Positions 38,471 to 51,748 of a DNA stretch of 64,000 nt are shown one piece after another; position 1 is the stretch's first letter; every line of letters begins with the position of its first letter. The stretch spans positions 26,600,001-26,664,000 of the forward strand of contig NC_058369.1 of the NCBI RefSeq assembly GCF_018350175.1, read 5' to 3'. The DNA comes from Felis catus. Lineage: Eukaryota. Made by a program: the position numbers and the translations under genes. The notes below the pieces were generated by a model that saw nothing but the letters and a program-made list of their open reading frames with translations, did no database searches and was not told the DNA's origin.

Positions 38471-38767
38471 CAGGGTCTGGCAAACTATGGCCCATGGGCA
38501 AAGTCTGGCTTACTGCCTGTTTTCGTACAAGGCTATACAAAATAAGAATGGCCTTTACATTTTTAAGTGGTTGGAAAATTAAAACAGTATTGTTTCATGA
38601 CATATGATCATTATATAAAACTCAATGTCAGTGTCTATAAATAAAATTTTATTGGAATAAAGCCATGTTTGCTTTTTATGTATTGTCTATGGCTGCTTTT
38701 GTGGTACAATGACAGAGGTTAAGTATTTGTTATTTGGCCCTCTACAGAAAAAGTCTGATGATCCCTG
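38471..38767. mobile_element. MER58-like hAT-Charlie MITE
   Basis: Terminal caggg...ccctg; ggcaaactatggccc. Confidence 0.75.
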
Positions 38768-38799
38768 GTCTATAACTATAGGCTCATTTCTCCAACACT

Positions 38800-40212
38800 A
38801 ACACAACACCACAGATTCATTCTCATCTCTCCTCTTGCCATAGTTGTAACTCTTTTTGATGGTGAGGTACATGGCTCCCATTATCCTCAATAAATTTACT
38901 TATTTTCTAAACTATAGGACATACCAAAAGTAGTTTCAGAATTGCTAGGCAAACAAAACAAAACAAAACCCCAAACCTACTCTCTAGAGTTCTCTATTTA
39001 GGTTTCTTTTTATCCCTTAGTCAAACTACTATGTTCTAAATTTACTTGGGTTAGTTCTTTTCCCCCTCCTTTTCAGCGTGGTTGTATTATTTGTTTTAAA
39101 CATAGCTAGACTCATCCATTTGTGTTTGTACTACATTTTAGGCATTTTTTTCTCCATTAACTGATTTTTATTATTTTTGTTGTTGTTGAGTATGTAAAAT
39201 GTTAACAGTTCAAAGTCAAAATATGCAGAAAGTCATATTCAGGTAAAAGTTACATTTCCCCCATGCCTCCTAGACTGTTGCCACCCCCTCATCACTTCTA
39301 TGCCATCCTCACTCACCCCTGTATAAGAAATCCATTTCATTAGTTCTGGTATCTGCTTTCTATGTATCTTTTTGCAAAAAAATAAGCAACTACATGTCTA
39401 ATGCAGAAGGTAGCATATTATAATGACTCTTGAACTTTGATTTTTTCAACTTAAAATATAACCTGGAAATCACTGATCGCAGCTCACAGAAAGCACATTC
39501 TTTTTCATAGCTGTGTAGTACTCCATGCATGACTATACCATCATGTATTTCATCACACTCTCCTATGTTTGGGCATGTTTTCAATATTTTGCAATTATTG
39601 CAATTAATGCTGCAGTGAATAACCCTGAGCTATCTATTTTTGTATACTTGGAGATATATCTTCTAGGTAAATTCCTAGAAGTAGAATTCCTGGGACAAAA
39701 GGTAAATGCATACTTGGTTTTGTTAGATATTGGCAAAAGCACTCCAAAAGAGCTGTACCACCTGTGTTCCCATCAGCAATGCAGGACAGTGCTGGTTTCT
39801 CTACAGCCATGTCACAACAGTATGTTGTCAAGTTTTTAATGCTTTCCAGTCTGAGAGATAAAAACTGATATATTAAAGTAGTTCTGATTTGTATTTGTTC
39901 TCAATATGAGCATTAGGAGTGGAGTTGACTGTCTTCATTTGCATAAGGCCATGTATGTAACATATAAATATATGCATGTATGCATTTTATATCAATATTT
40001 TAGGTCTGTTCATTTCTTTGCCCCTTTTTCTATCAAGTAAGCCCTCACTTTGTCATGTGTCTTTGGTTACCCTGGTTTTTTAGTTTTATTTTTTGCCATG
40101 CAAAAATTAAAAAAAAATATTTCTGTAATCAAATATATCAATCTTTTCTTTTATTGCCTCTGTATTTTGAGTTATAGTATATGGTGTGAGTTTATTCTGG
40201 CATAAAGTGTAT
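38800..40212 (-). mobile_element. Old L1 (L1ME-like) 3' region
   Basis: Antisense L1 phrases (aattcctagaagtagaattcctggg, cccatcagcaatgca). Confidence 0.7.
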
Positions 40213-40224
40213 CTAGTTTTATCT

Positions 40225-40447
40225 TTTTTTTTTTAATTTTTTTTTTTTAACGTTTATTTATTTTTGAGACAGAGACAGAGCATGAACAGGGGAGGGTCAG
40301 AGAGAGAGGGAGACACAGAATCTGAAAGAGGCTCCAGGCTCTGAGCGGTCAGCACAGAGCCTGACGCGGGGCTCAAACTCACGGACCGCGAGATCATGAC
40401 CTGAGCCAAAGTCGGACGCTTAACCGACTGAGCCACCCAGGCGCCCC
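40225..40447 (-). mobile_element. Young CanSINE with TSD CTAGTTTTATCT
   Basis: CpG-rich body; TSD at 40213-40224 and 40447-40458. Confidence 0.95.
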
Positions 40448-41760
40448 TAGTTTTATCTCTTAAAAAGGACTGCAGAATTTTCTTGACAAGTGATGTTATT
40501 TTAACTTAAGATTTAGAAGATTTTATACAATTAAGAAATTTTGATCAGAGCAATACACTTGTTTGGCTTTTTACTAAGTATGCATTTACAAAGTATATTT
40601 TCAAAAAAAAGAAAGAGTTCTATGTTAACTATAAAATCAGGACTTCTCTTGCAGGACTTTTGAGAACTTTTAACACACTGAATCTCCCTAGAGGAGGGCA
40701 GAGTATACAGCACTGCCTACGTGCGTGCACCTGGAACCATCACATCTCTTCAGATCATGAGTCCATAGACCACACCTTGAGAAACGCCACTTCAGGTTAT
40801 ACCATTTTCCCCATCCAGGTGCCATTGTTTTTGTTTGTTTTGTTTTATTTTCCTTTGTATATATTTAACAATTTCATTTTCTCAAGAGCATTTTTGGGTG
40901 GCTTGTTAATAAGCACAAGTACGTAGTCTAGCATCTGTATCTTACATGTTTATATTTTCATATGGAATATTTAATGCTAATCAACTTGACCCTTTATCAG
41001 CTTCTTTAAGCATGCCTTCCCCACAGGAAGCAGCAAACATCTGAGGAAGTGGGAGTTTGGCTGAGGCACACTCACAGAGTGCCTGCCCGGCTGGGGCAGG
41101 AGATCTGAAGGGGCTCCCTGGCCAGCTCTCACCCCAGCCCAGCTACTGCGCTCTGGAGTTGGCTCTTGCTCTTTGTTCCGCCACTTTCATACTCGCCTTA
41201 TCTTTTGCACTTGATACTCTTGTTGCTTTTCTGAGCTCTGATTATAACCCTTTTCTCCCAAGGACGGACTCCTGTTTTATGAAAGCCTCTAACTCCTTTG
41301 GTGGATGGATACCCTTTCCAGTCAGGCCTGCCCTCTGAACATGCTCGGGTGCTGCTGCGTCCTCTCCCCTCCTCTCGTGGGTTCAGGCAGCCCCCTCCCC
41401 CCCAACCCAGCCTCTCCTCCTGAAACTGGAGAGGAAGGACTTCCAGGCATGCTGAGCACTGTCACCGGAAGATGTTGTTTTACTTAAGAGTCAAGACAAT
41501 GGATTCACATTAAATACCACATATAAAAATATAGTGCAGATGAAGAATAAATACCATCTTGTGAATTTTCACAATGGCCAGATTTACCTAATATTAAAAT
41601 CTTGGCCAAAAAAGAATACCACACTGTTTTCCTCCCACTTGCATGCCAGATTTCTTCGAAGCACTGAGCATTAAATGAATCAGATATTCTTACAACTGAG
41701 GATGCTGTCCTCAGTTAAGACAGATATGGTTTCAGTGCCTTCATTTAAAAAGATTTTTTT

Positions 41761-41998
41761 GGGGGGACGCCTGGGTGGCTCAGTCAGTTAAGCGTCTGAC
41801 TTCGGCTCAGATCATGATCTTACGGCTCATGATTTCGAGCCCCGAGCCCTGTGTGGGCTCTGTAAGGACAGCTTAGAGCCTGGATCCTGGATCCTGCTTT
41901 GTATTCTGTGTCTCCCTCTCTCTCTGTTCCTCCCTCACTTGCACTCTGGCTCTCTGTCTCTCTCTCTCTCTCAAAAAAAAAAAAAAAAAAAAAAAAAA
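41761..41998 (+). mobile_element. CanSINE with small internal duplications, followed by (TA)n at 42059-42100
   Basis: cgagccc x2, tggatcc x2; long poly(A). Confidence 0.93.
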
Positions 41999-42050
41999 GA
42001 ACAATTTTACATACATTTATTTCATTAATGTGTTTCCTAGAAATATACTA

Positions 42051-42101
<51 letters not shown>

Positions 42102-42891
42102 TTATATACAAATACATTATATGAAGCCAACAATTTAGCTTAATCATCTCTCTACATATTTGGTAACCATTTACTGAACTTCTGTGTGTCACATCCTGGG
42201 GAATCAGAGAGCTCATAGTCAGACGGATGAAGCATTTTCGCCAGCAGAAAATGAACTACAACATGAGCTGTTCACAAAGGTTGCTGTGGGGCTGATCAGA
42301 TCACCTGCTTGTTCCCTTCAAAGACGTCTCTTGTAATGAAACTTCTACAGTCTTGTATACACTGAAGTATTTATTGGGGGGAGGGGGTAATTACTTGAGA
42401 AATCTAAAAAAGATCTAAGAGATCCAGACACATTTGTCATCTAGCTCTTATTTACACCCTGAGCTACCTGCTGTCATAAAGCCCCGGGTCAGAGGAGCCA
42501 GCCAGTGAAATATTTATATGGGAGATCTTATAGCAGGAAGTTAGCAATTTGCAGCAACTTCTATCCAATACCTAATGATATTTATCATGTGGTGCCAGGT
42601 CATTTCTTATTCACTGAGGGAAATGTGGGTTTTAACAATCTTGTTATGGCCAGGGAGTAGACTGGGGACAAGCCTGGGAAATATCTTTCTCTGGGGGAAT
42701 TCACAAATTTGTTTTAAAAGCCAGTGAATACTGTTTGCCCAGAAAAGCATACATAAATACCAAATTTTACTTCCAATTTTAGGAGGTCATAGATCATCCA
42801 AAGCCCAGTCATGGACTTCTGGACTCCCAAGTTAGGTACCTCTACACCTTGCAATATCGTGGGGGTGGTGGTGTTTCTTGCGGTGTAATTT

Positions 42892-43118
42892 CCAAGGTTG
42901 GCAAAGTTTTTCTGTGAAGGGCCAGACAGAAAATACATTGGGCTTTACAAGCCAAGAGGTCTCTGTTGCAACTACTCAACTCTCCTGCTGTAGTGTGAAA
43001 GTACACATAAACAGTAAGTAAATGAATGGGCATGGCTACATTCCAGTAAAACCTTACTTAGAAAATATCATGCCATGAGCATCATCTGGCCCGCCGGCTG
43101 TAGCTGAATGACCTCTGT
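42892..43118. mobile_element. MER58A-like MITE
   Basis: ggttggcaaagtttttctgtgaagggccaga...aatgaatgggcatggct. Confidence 0.75.
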
Positions 43119-43169
43119 GTTAGAGCAAGGAGCCGTGAGGTGAAACATTCTCAAGGCTCTAATGAAAAT

Positions 43170-43930
43170 TCCTGTCGATTTTCCTACTACATGTGTTTGG
43201 AATCCGACTTTCTCACCAACTCTACTTCTACTACCAACGCCCATTGATGACGGTGCCTTATGCTCTCTGCAGCAAAGGCTTTTAATGGACCCCTCACTGC
43301 CATTCATTCTGACTTCCCTTCTCTGTTGTCTACACTGGAGCCAAAATTCCTATCTGATTATGTCAATGTCTGATTTAAAACCCCTCAGCATCACTGGGAG
43401 GATATTGTACTTGAGGGAAAAACCCGAATCTTTATGCTGGCCTTTGAGGCTTTGCATAAACGAGTCTCTATGTATTTTTTTCTGACCACATCTTGCATTA
43501 TTCTCCCTCTCACACACTTAGTTCCAGCCATGCTGGTCTTCCCTCAATTTCTGGAATACGCCATGCTCCCTACTATCATGGGACCTTTGGCCAGGCTGTG
43601 CCCCCTTGTCTAGAGCACGCTCTCCTCCCCTGTTTTTACCTTTCCTTGGTCTGGTAAAGTCATACCCAAACTTGTGATTTTAGCTGAAGCATCACTCTCT
43701 CAGGAAGTCTTGTCCAACACACCCTCTCCAATCTAGCTGAGTTGCTTTGTTACTCCTTCTGATAGAGCCACTGTGATCTTCTCATTAAGAGCTCTTATCT
43801 CAGCTCATAATTACATTCTCATTTGTTTGATCATTTGATATATGTATTTTCCCCCAATTGCTTCTTACCAAGCAGGGTGCCTGGCACAGGGTAGGCACTT
43901 CCTCCATATTTATCAAGGGCATGACTATTG
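43170..43930 (+). mobile_element. L2 3' fragment
   Basis: L2 body phrases and 3' end cagggtgcctggcacagggtaggcact. Confidence 0.65.
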
Positions 43931-45464
43931 AAAGAGTCTCTTTGGCAGTTCAGAATACTGAGTGCCACTCATTGTTGAAAGTTTCCCTAACCATCGTTAG
44001 TACTGTTGCAACACTCTCCATATTTTCCCTCCATTTTGTTCCTTCTCCACCTGCCAGGAGCATGCTACTGGTTCTTCATCACGTGCTTGGCACACACAGT
44101 TTGGGGCAAATCTGGAGACACACATCTTGCCTCTTTATAGCCATGACAGAAAAATTTAATTTTCTGGCTTAGAAAATAGAATGTTGGTTCAGATACATGT
44201 TTGCTAGGATAAAAAAAAACAACAACTAAGAAAATATGTTTCTTTCTTTCTTCCGTTTCTTTCTTTCTTTTTTTTTTTTGAAAGCTAAATAGCTTTTATC
44301 CATAGGATTTCTCTCCCACTTGAAGTAAGAAGATCAAATTATAAGTTGGGAACTCTTTCGTATATCTTTTAAGATGAACTGGAATAAGAATTAAGACGCT
44401 ATTGTGTAATTCTGGTTCATTTTCCACAAGAATATTCTAACCTCAGTGTTGGATTCTTAGTGTTTGAAGGTTGCCTTCTATAACATTCCCACAAAGTGAT
44501 GATCTAATCTATACCTGGGTATCAGTAACTGTGTATGTACTACTTTCAAAAGACCATATTTCCTTTTCAAAAACTTTGACTGTTAAATGTTTTTTCTCAT
44601 GTTGAGGCAAAATCTGTTTTCATCACCACCTAGTTTTCCTTTCTTTCCCCTTGGCACTTTCAAGGAACAGTTGTAATCTCTCTTTAAGGCACAGTAGAAG
44701 AGAGCTAAAAGGGACTGTCCAGAACTCCTTCCCCTGCTCTCTGGAACAGCAGCCTGTAACCACATGGCCTCCTGGGAGTTATCATGTGAGCCTGCAACCT
44801 CAGTTGACTGGCCTATTATGTGGACACCTGACTTAAACTGGGCCAACTGTGTTTCCCTAGAACTTTTGAAACTGGATCTGAAAAGGAGAGCCAAAAGAAG
44901 CAGAACTCAGATGTCATTGGTCACCATATTTCCTATCACACAGAGGAAGCTAGTCTCAAAAGAGAATGAGGAAGCTTAAAGTCTGGATTCTGGGAATGAA
45001 ACAGTGTTGGTACCATTGAATGAATATGGAACCTGGGGAGAAGAAACCAGTTTGGGCAATCCAGGATTTTGGTTTAGCACATGAGGAATCTGAGGTCTTG
45101 GTAGTTTCTCCAAGGGAAGATGTGCTGGAAATACTTAGGGATCCATTACCAGCCCTAACCTTGGATCTTGAATATGTTGGCATACCTCTAGTACCCACTG
45201 CCACCATCTTAGTCAATGTTTCTAGAATCTCTCTTTTGTTCTTCCCCCACTCAATCTGGATTCCCACTAATCCAATCCAGAGTGAGTTTCTAAAAATTTG
45301 CTCTTAGGGAAAAATTCAAAATCACCACATTGGCCTAAAGCTTTACATAGTCTGGTCCTATCTCTACAGAGTATTTTTGTGCCTTCCCCTCACTCTCACC
45401 ATCATGCTACCTCCAGGCTTCAGAGGGAGAGCCACATCTTTAACCTCTTTTCTCATAATTGCCT

Positions 45465-45690
45465 AGTGCTATAGAGTGAAGGTTTGTATCCCTCCAAAAT
45501 TCTTATGTTGAAAACTAATCCCCACTGTGATGGTATCTGCAGGTGAGGCTTTGGGAAGTGCTTAGGTTGTGAGGGTGGAGTCCTCATTAATGAGATTAGA
45601 GCCCTTTTAGAAGTGATCCTAGAGAGAGCCTTTGCCCCTTCTGCCATGGGAGGACACAGTGAGAATACCACTGTTTCTGAACCAAAAAAC
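45465..45690 (+). mobile_element. Partial MaLR (MLT1A/MST-like) LTR
   Basis: aaaattcttatgttgaaaactaatcccc...gagggtggagtcctcattaatgagattag. Confidence 0.7.
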
Positions 45691-47069
45691 AAGCTGTGAC
45701 CACATTATAAGCTCCATCAGGTCAGGCAATCATGTCTGTTTTCTTCACCTTGGGCCTGATGCATAATAGATGTCCAACAAATGTTTGTTGAATGATTATA
45801 TTGAAATTAAAAAAAACCATGTTTGTTGAATGAAAACTTGTAGGAAGGACGGTCAGGGCTATAAGAGAAGGACCTCCAGGTGTGAGTGGGGAATGGATGA
45901 GTTCTTGAGAAAGACCTGATAGGGAGGTTAGAATGTGCTCTGAGAGTGGCAGGAACAACAGCACAGGCCAGGAAAGGCAGCTGGTTCAGAACAATATGGG
46001 AATTATTTTTCTCAGATCTTTCTTCTCCTCCTATCCTGAAAGTGCTCAGAAGATGTTTACATTATGGTGGGATTTGGAATAGGACTACGTTTCTTCCATA
46101 GCAAAAGCTGGGAAACACGTTGCATAAAGAAGGACTGTGTTTTTACCTCACATCAGCCTATGTTTATTTGGAGACATGCAACAAACAGTCACACAAAGGG
46201 GAAATCATACTCTTTCTTCTTCTGGCCTCTGCAAAATCATCTTTCCTGCCCATGCTTTTGTCAGAAAATCCATAAAATGGGGAGAACCCAGCTCCCTCCA
46301 AGTGCTCAATGCTCCAACAAATCACAAAAATCATTAATTCTTTTTCCTCTATTAAATATACATTATAAGTTCTCTGTAGAATTGAATCTTTCCTGTTTGG
46401 CAGTATTTCCCCTCAGGCTAAAAAAATACTAATGATATAGCATCTTGGGACCATTTTACAGACACTGACTCATTAGATATGGCAGATAATTCAACTCTAG
46501 AGGCACAAATCCAGGCATCAGCCATCAAATTCAACTATAGTATGTGAACAGTGATAGTGACAGCCCATCTCCTTGAGACAACATGGAGAAAGGCTGAGCC
46601 CTTCTTTGCCTTCTTTATACTGTTACCAGCATAGTTGCTTTATGATTTCACATTGAATAGAGGTTTATTGAACCTCCGGACTGTCTCAGACTTTATGCCA
46701 GGTACTGAGGAGTAAGACATGATTCTTCCCTTGAGGAATTCAGTCCTGTGGAGACGGATTGTTAGACCAACATTTAGGAGAAGGTTTCAAGTAGGGGTTT
46801 CGGAAAAAGTGATGAAAGGGTTGTTCCTGAAGGATGAGGAGGAGGCAGCAAGACAGGGAAAAGATGGAAGGATATTCTAGAAAAAGCAGCATGTTCTATA
46901 TCAGAAAGGTGTGGAGAGCTGGGAGCACCCTTACTAGTGTGAAATGATGGGCACCGGGCATACATATGTATGCACTAGATGATGGGACTGTAGTCAATTG
47001 CTGAAGAAGGCAGGGGTCTTAGGTGACAAACCTAAGTGGCAAAAGTTCTAAAGTTTCAGGAAACTCAGT

Positions 47070-47610
47070 GTGAGCTGGTAGGAGTGCAAACTGGTGAAAA
47101 ATCTGGTAATATCAGTCAAAGTTACCTTTGGACCAAATAATTTCACTGCTGGGCATTTATTGTAAACACATACTTGCCCAAGCTCACAAAAAATATGTGC
47201 ATGAGGATGTTTATCACAGCACTGTTTACAGTAACAAAAAGTTAGAAACTACCTAAATGTCCATCAGCAGAGAACTGGCTGAATAGATTATGGTACATTA
47301 AAACAATGAAATAACATCCGGCAGTTAACGAAGAATGTGTTCACCTGTATGTGCAAATTCAGAAAGATGTCCAAAATCTATTCAGTAAAAATCTAAAAAG
47401 CAAGTTATAGAGTCTCATCTCATGTATGTTGAAAAAACATACAAATAAAACACGTAATTTCCTTGTAATAGGCACTGAAAGTTTCTGAAGGGTGCACAAG
47501 AAACTGTTAAGCATAAGCATACCTGGGAGTAGAAATGTGGGTTTGGGGGTGGGTGGAGTAAGACCTGTTTCTCACTTTCTATCTTTCTGCTCTGATTGAA
47601 TTTTCTTCTA
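47070..47610 (+). mobile_element. Old L1 3' end fragment
   Basis: gaggatgtttatcacagcactgttta...cctaaatgtccatcagcag. Confidence 0.75.
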
Positions 47611-48269
47611 CTTTCCTTTTTAAAGGCAGAGTCTCTCTCTTCAGGAGCTATTAATTTGATGACATCTGTAAGAAAACTTTTCTGAAACACAGCTTCAAAG
47701 TATCTTTTAAAAAGCATTTTAAGTGATGAGTGCTAGGAGAGAAACAGGAGTCTAGGTTGGTCCCTCAACCAATAGGGGAGGAGAGAGGAAAACAGTGCGT
47801 TCCTCATGCCAACATGCACATCTGAGCTGATCCTAGCAGCCTTCCCCATTGGAAATATCAACTTCAATGATGAAAGCAGAACATTTTGGGTCTTTATAAA
47901 TGTTGGTAATGTTCCTGGAAATTGTCAAGTTTTCATTTGCATAAACAACAGCTGCTTTATCTAATGCTATAGATATGACTAAAAGAATAGGTGGTGGCTT
48001 TTTATTATTACTTTTTTTAACACATCATCCATGATCCTGATTATTAAAACAAAATTGTTCCTGGGCTGAGATCTGAACTGTCATGTCTGACAACTCAATG
48101 AGATAACCTGATAAAGAGTGGTTACAATCAGAAAGCTGGAGGAGGCTGTGCAATAGGCCAGACTAAAAGCTCAGAGGGAACACACAGACTTTTTCATTTT
48201 AGAAGATGTATTCATGGAAATATGGAAAAAGAAGCTTAATGTAATGTTTTAATCTGCTTTTCAAAGGAT

Positions 48270-48352
48270 CCCTCCCTCCCTTCCTTTCCCCTCCCCCCTC
48301 CCTCCCTCCCTTCCTTCCTCCCTCCCTCCCTCCTTCCCTTCCTTCTTTCTTT
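48270..48352. repeat. (CCCT/CCTT)n pyrimidine-rich simple repeat
   Basis: Directly visible. Confidence 0.85.
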
Positions 48353-49884
48353 TAGTTGCTGTAAGATGAAAGGTCTCAGTGTCATGGAAAACCAAGCTGA
48401 CTCACTTATCCTTTACCTTTCACTGGAGGGGAATCATTTTGGGGTGAAAATTCTCAAGGAAGTCAGTTTATCTCCTCAAAACAGAAAAAACTAATCAAGC
48501 ATTGTCTGATTAATTAGAGACACTTGAAAAAATGCTATCAAGGCCTACAGCTGTAATCAATTCAATCAACATGCAGAGAGCCAATCTGGTTTTCTTGATT
48601 AACAAAGCTGAATGTTAAACAGAGAAGTGTGACATTGTAGTGCCATTAGCTAAGGTTACAAATTGTGCATTTTTCCTACATGTTCAAAGTCAGGTCAGGA
48701 TAAAGTGAAAACTCTCTTATGATGAGGGTCATGGGCATGAACATTGCAATTCTCCCTCTTGATATTTCCATGCCAGAAGAATAAGTTTCATCTAAGTAGT
48801 AGAAATAGGTAGTAACTTCAGAAGGCTTCAGTGCAGACACACAAAAAAAATCAAGTACTTGAAAAGATCACAATAATAAAACAAAGACAAAAAAAGTGAT
48901 GTGAGATTTCTCTCAGTTTAGTGTCACCCAAGTTGGTTATGGAATTCATCAGAAACAGACATGCCAGACATAAAGAGATAAAATTTTTCTTATTACATTT
49001 TTAAGATGTGGATGTGAAATGCATCTATATAGTGGCTGATGAGTAAATTGGAAAATTCAATTTGCTTATTTTATTTGCATGAAGTCAATTTAAATGTCAA
49101 GATGTCTAACGCAAGATTGGTTTATTAATGGTTTGTTTCTTGCTCTTTAAAATCAGTTATAACTATAAAGTGATGATTATATTTTGTGTAGTTGATCTTT
49201 GCAACACAGTCTGGAATTCTGTCTGTGAAAACAGCAATTCTCAATCTTTTGGAGATAAAAAATTCTCCCTCTCTCTCTTTTTTTTTTGTGCTTAGAATTT
49301 AGTAAGAGCACAAATAAATACTTGCTAACTAGTGTATTGCAATCAGATACATTTGTTGCATGTAATGTTACCAAAATAGTTTAATTATGGAAATATGGAA
49401 ATAATTTACATAAAAAGTAAATTGAAAAGAATTCAAGGTAATATCAATATCATTCCCATTCACATGTTTTCTTGAAGAGAGGTGGAAAGAGTATGCATGG
49501 CATATAGAAGTCACTCCATAAATACTTCTGGAGGAAACTCCTGAAGAGTTCAAGCCTGCCCACTAGTAATGTATTGTAGTACCTGTGATTTTGGTTGGCC
49601 ACTTTTCCTCTCCCTCTTCTGAGAATGTAGCTTTTCTTTCTTATGGGCAACCCACTTCATGTGGTTTGGGGGAGTGCTAAGACCTTCTTTTACTCTCTCA
49701 GTATGGAGGCAGACATGAAACCCAAGGTATGCCAGAGGCCACTCTCAGACTTTTGCTGGGTTTATGAACAGGGTCCTGACTCATGTCCACTAAAATGTAT
49801 ACATGCTAATGGTATCTACTGAGTATATTTTCTGGACAGAAAATGAAAGGTAGAGGAAAACGATATGAAGCTGTGATATTTCTT

Positions 49885-50091
49885 TTTTTTTTTTTTAATG
49901 TTTATTTATTTTTGAGAGAGACAGAGAGAGTGGGGAAGGGGCAAAGAGAGAGGGAGACACAGAATTGGAAGCAGGCTCCAGGCTCTGAGCTGTCAGCACA
50001 GAGCCTGATGCTGGGCTTGAACACGCAAGTGGGGAGACCATGGCTTGAGCTGAAGTTGGACACTTAACCGACTGAGCCACCCAGGCGCCCC
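49885..50091 (-). mobile_element. CanSINE with TSD GAAGCTGTGA(T/C)ATTTCTT
   Basis: TSD at 49867-49884 and 50092-50109. Confidence 0.95.
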
Positions 50092-50429
50092 GAAGCTGTG
50101 ACATTTCTTAACAGGTCCTTCCGAAACCTTACATTTCTATGGGAGACAAATACTGTTTTACCCAGCAGAAGGATGCACACAGAGTAAAGACTTCTCATTC
50201 AAAATAAACACATCTTTGGGGATGCAGGGCAAACAGCTGTCTCGTGAAACAACAGGTTTTATCTTCATCTTTGAAGAAACGTTAAAAAAAGATCTGAATG
50301 CCTGCTCTTGCCACTTTATGCTTTTGTTCCAAGTATTGAGAATAGAATGGTGACCAAGCCACAATCCCCACTCACAAGGAGCTTAGAGTCTAGAGGTGGA
50401 TACAGGTAATAAATAAGTATACAGAGAAG

Positions 50430-50941
50430 TGGTGGGGTTCAGAATATACCATCCCAAAATGTGCCACTTTGACATAAGGATTATTTTGAGCTGAAGGCAA
50501 TGATAAGAAGTAGACACAAGAAAAAGTCTTTGTCTCCCCTCTCTCTACCAGGAAAGGTTGGATGGTTTTTACTCATTGGAGACAACTCTAGACTCTTACC
50601 AGACACAACACAAGAGGAATCTACATAGCAAACCTTACTAACTTGCTCTTATCTTCCACTGGTTCCTACCATATATTCATCCTTCCACAATCTGCCACTT
50701 ATAGAAGCTCAAAGTCCCTTTCCTTTGTCTTATCACTTTTCTATAAAATAGACTTTTTTTAAAAGATGCTTTATGAGCCCAAGTTCTAACCATTCTTTTG
50801 AGTTACTCATCACTGAGAACTTCTGTGTGTATGCACTTTGCAGGTATTAATAAGTCTCAGTTTTTCTTTTGTTGTCTTTTGCCACTCTAATTTTCAGGTG
50901 AGCCTGGAGGGGTAGAGGGAATAAGGTTTTCCTCCCCTACA
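50430..50941 (+). mobile_element. Complete solo ERV1 LTR (MER34-like) with 4-bp TSD GAAG
   Basis: TG...CA ends, GAAG at 50426-50429 and 50942-50945, 5' ggggttcagaatataccatcccaaaat. Confidence 0.85.
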
Positions 50942-51247
50942 GAAGGAATATTATTTCAGATAGCAAAAAGTATTCTAAACATCTAAAAGTAAAATTAGAT
51001 TTAATAATTTTATTAATTAAAAATTAATTAAATAAAAGACTATTTGATGTTAACAGCTCTAGCACAAAGTAAAGGTGATAGGTCCTCATAAAAACTCCAA
51101 CCTGTTTCATACAGACTGGTCCTAAACACACAGGGAGAATGGGAACCACAGGATGGCTGATTTGAGATCATCTCTCAGAGATGGATGTTTCTAATATAAC
51201 GAGCCTCTCAGATGAACAAGATAAATTCATATTTAAACCATGTTTAC

Positions 51248-51401
51248 TAAGAGACTCTTAAATACAGAGCACAAACTGAGGGTTGATAGGGGGTGGGGGA
51301 AAGAGGGGAAAATGGGTGATGGGCATTGAGGAGGGCACTTATTGGGATGAGCACTGGGTGTTGTATGTAAACCAATTTGACAATAAATTATATTAAAAAA
51401 A
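51248..51401 (+). mobile_element. Very short 5'-truncated feline-type L1 3' end with TSD TAAACCATGTTTAC
   Basis: aagagactctta...ctgagggttgat...gagcactgggtgttgtatgtaaaccaatttgacaataaa; TSD at 51234-51247 and 51402-51415. Confidence 0.9.
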
Positions 51402-51523
51402 TAAACCATGTTTACCTGTCACTATCACTGAGAATCCATAGATATTTTCAAGCTCCTACATGTGTAGAGAACTTTACAAGGAGTAATGGGGAGGAATGAA
51501 TCAGAGAGAAGTCCATGACTTTA

Positions 51524-51748
51524 TTTATTTATGCATTTTTGAGAGAGAGACAGAGAGAGAGAGTGAGCAAGCATGAGCGTGCACAAGTGAGCAGGAGAGG
51601 GGCAGAGAGAGAGGGAGAGAATCCCAAGCAGGCTCTATGTTGACAGCATAGAGCCTGATGTGGGGCTTGATCTCACAAACCATGAGATCATGACCTGAGC
51701 TGAAATCAAGAACCAGGTGCTGAACTGACTGAGCCACCCAGGCACCCC
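51524..51748 (-). mobile_element. CanSINE with perfect TSD AGAAGTCCATGACTTTA
   Basis: TSD at 51507-51523 and 51749-51765. Confidence 0.95.
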
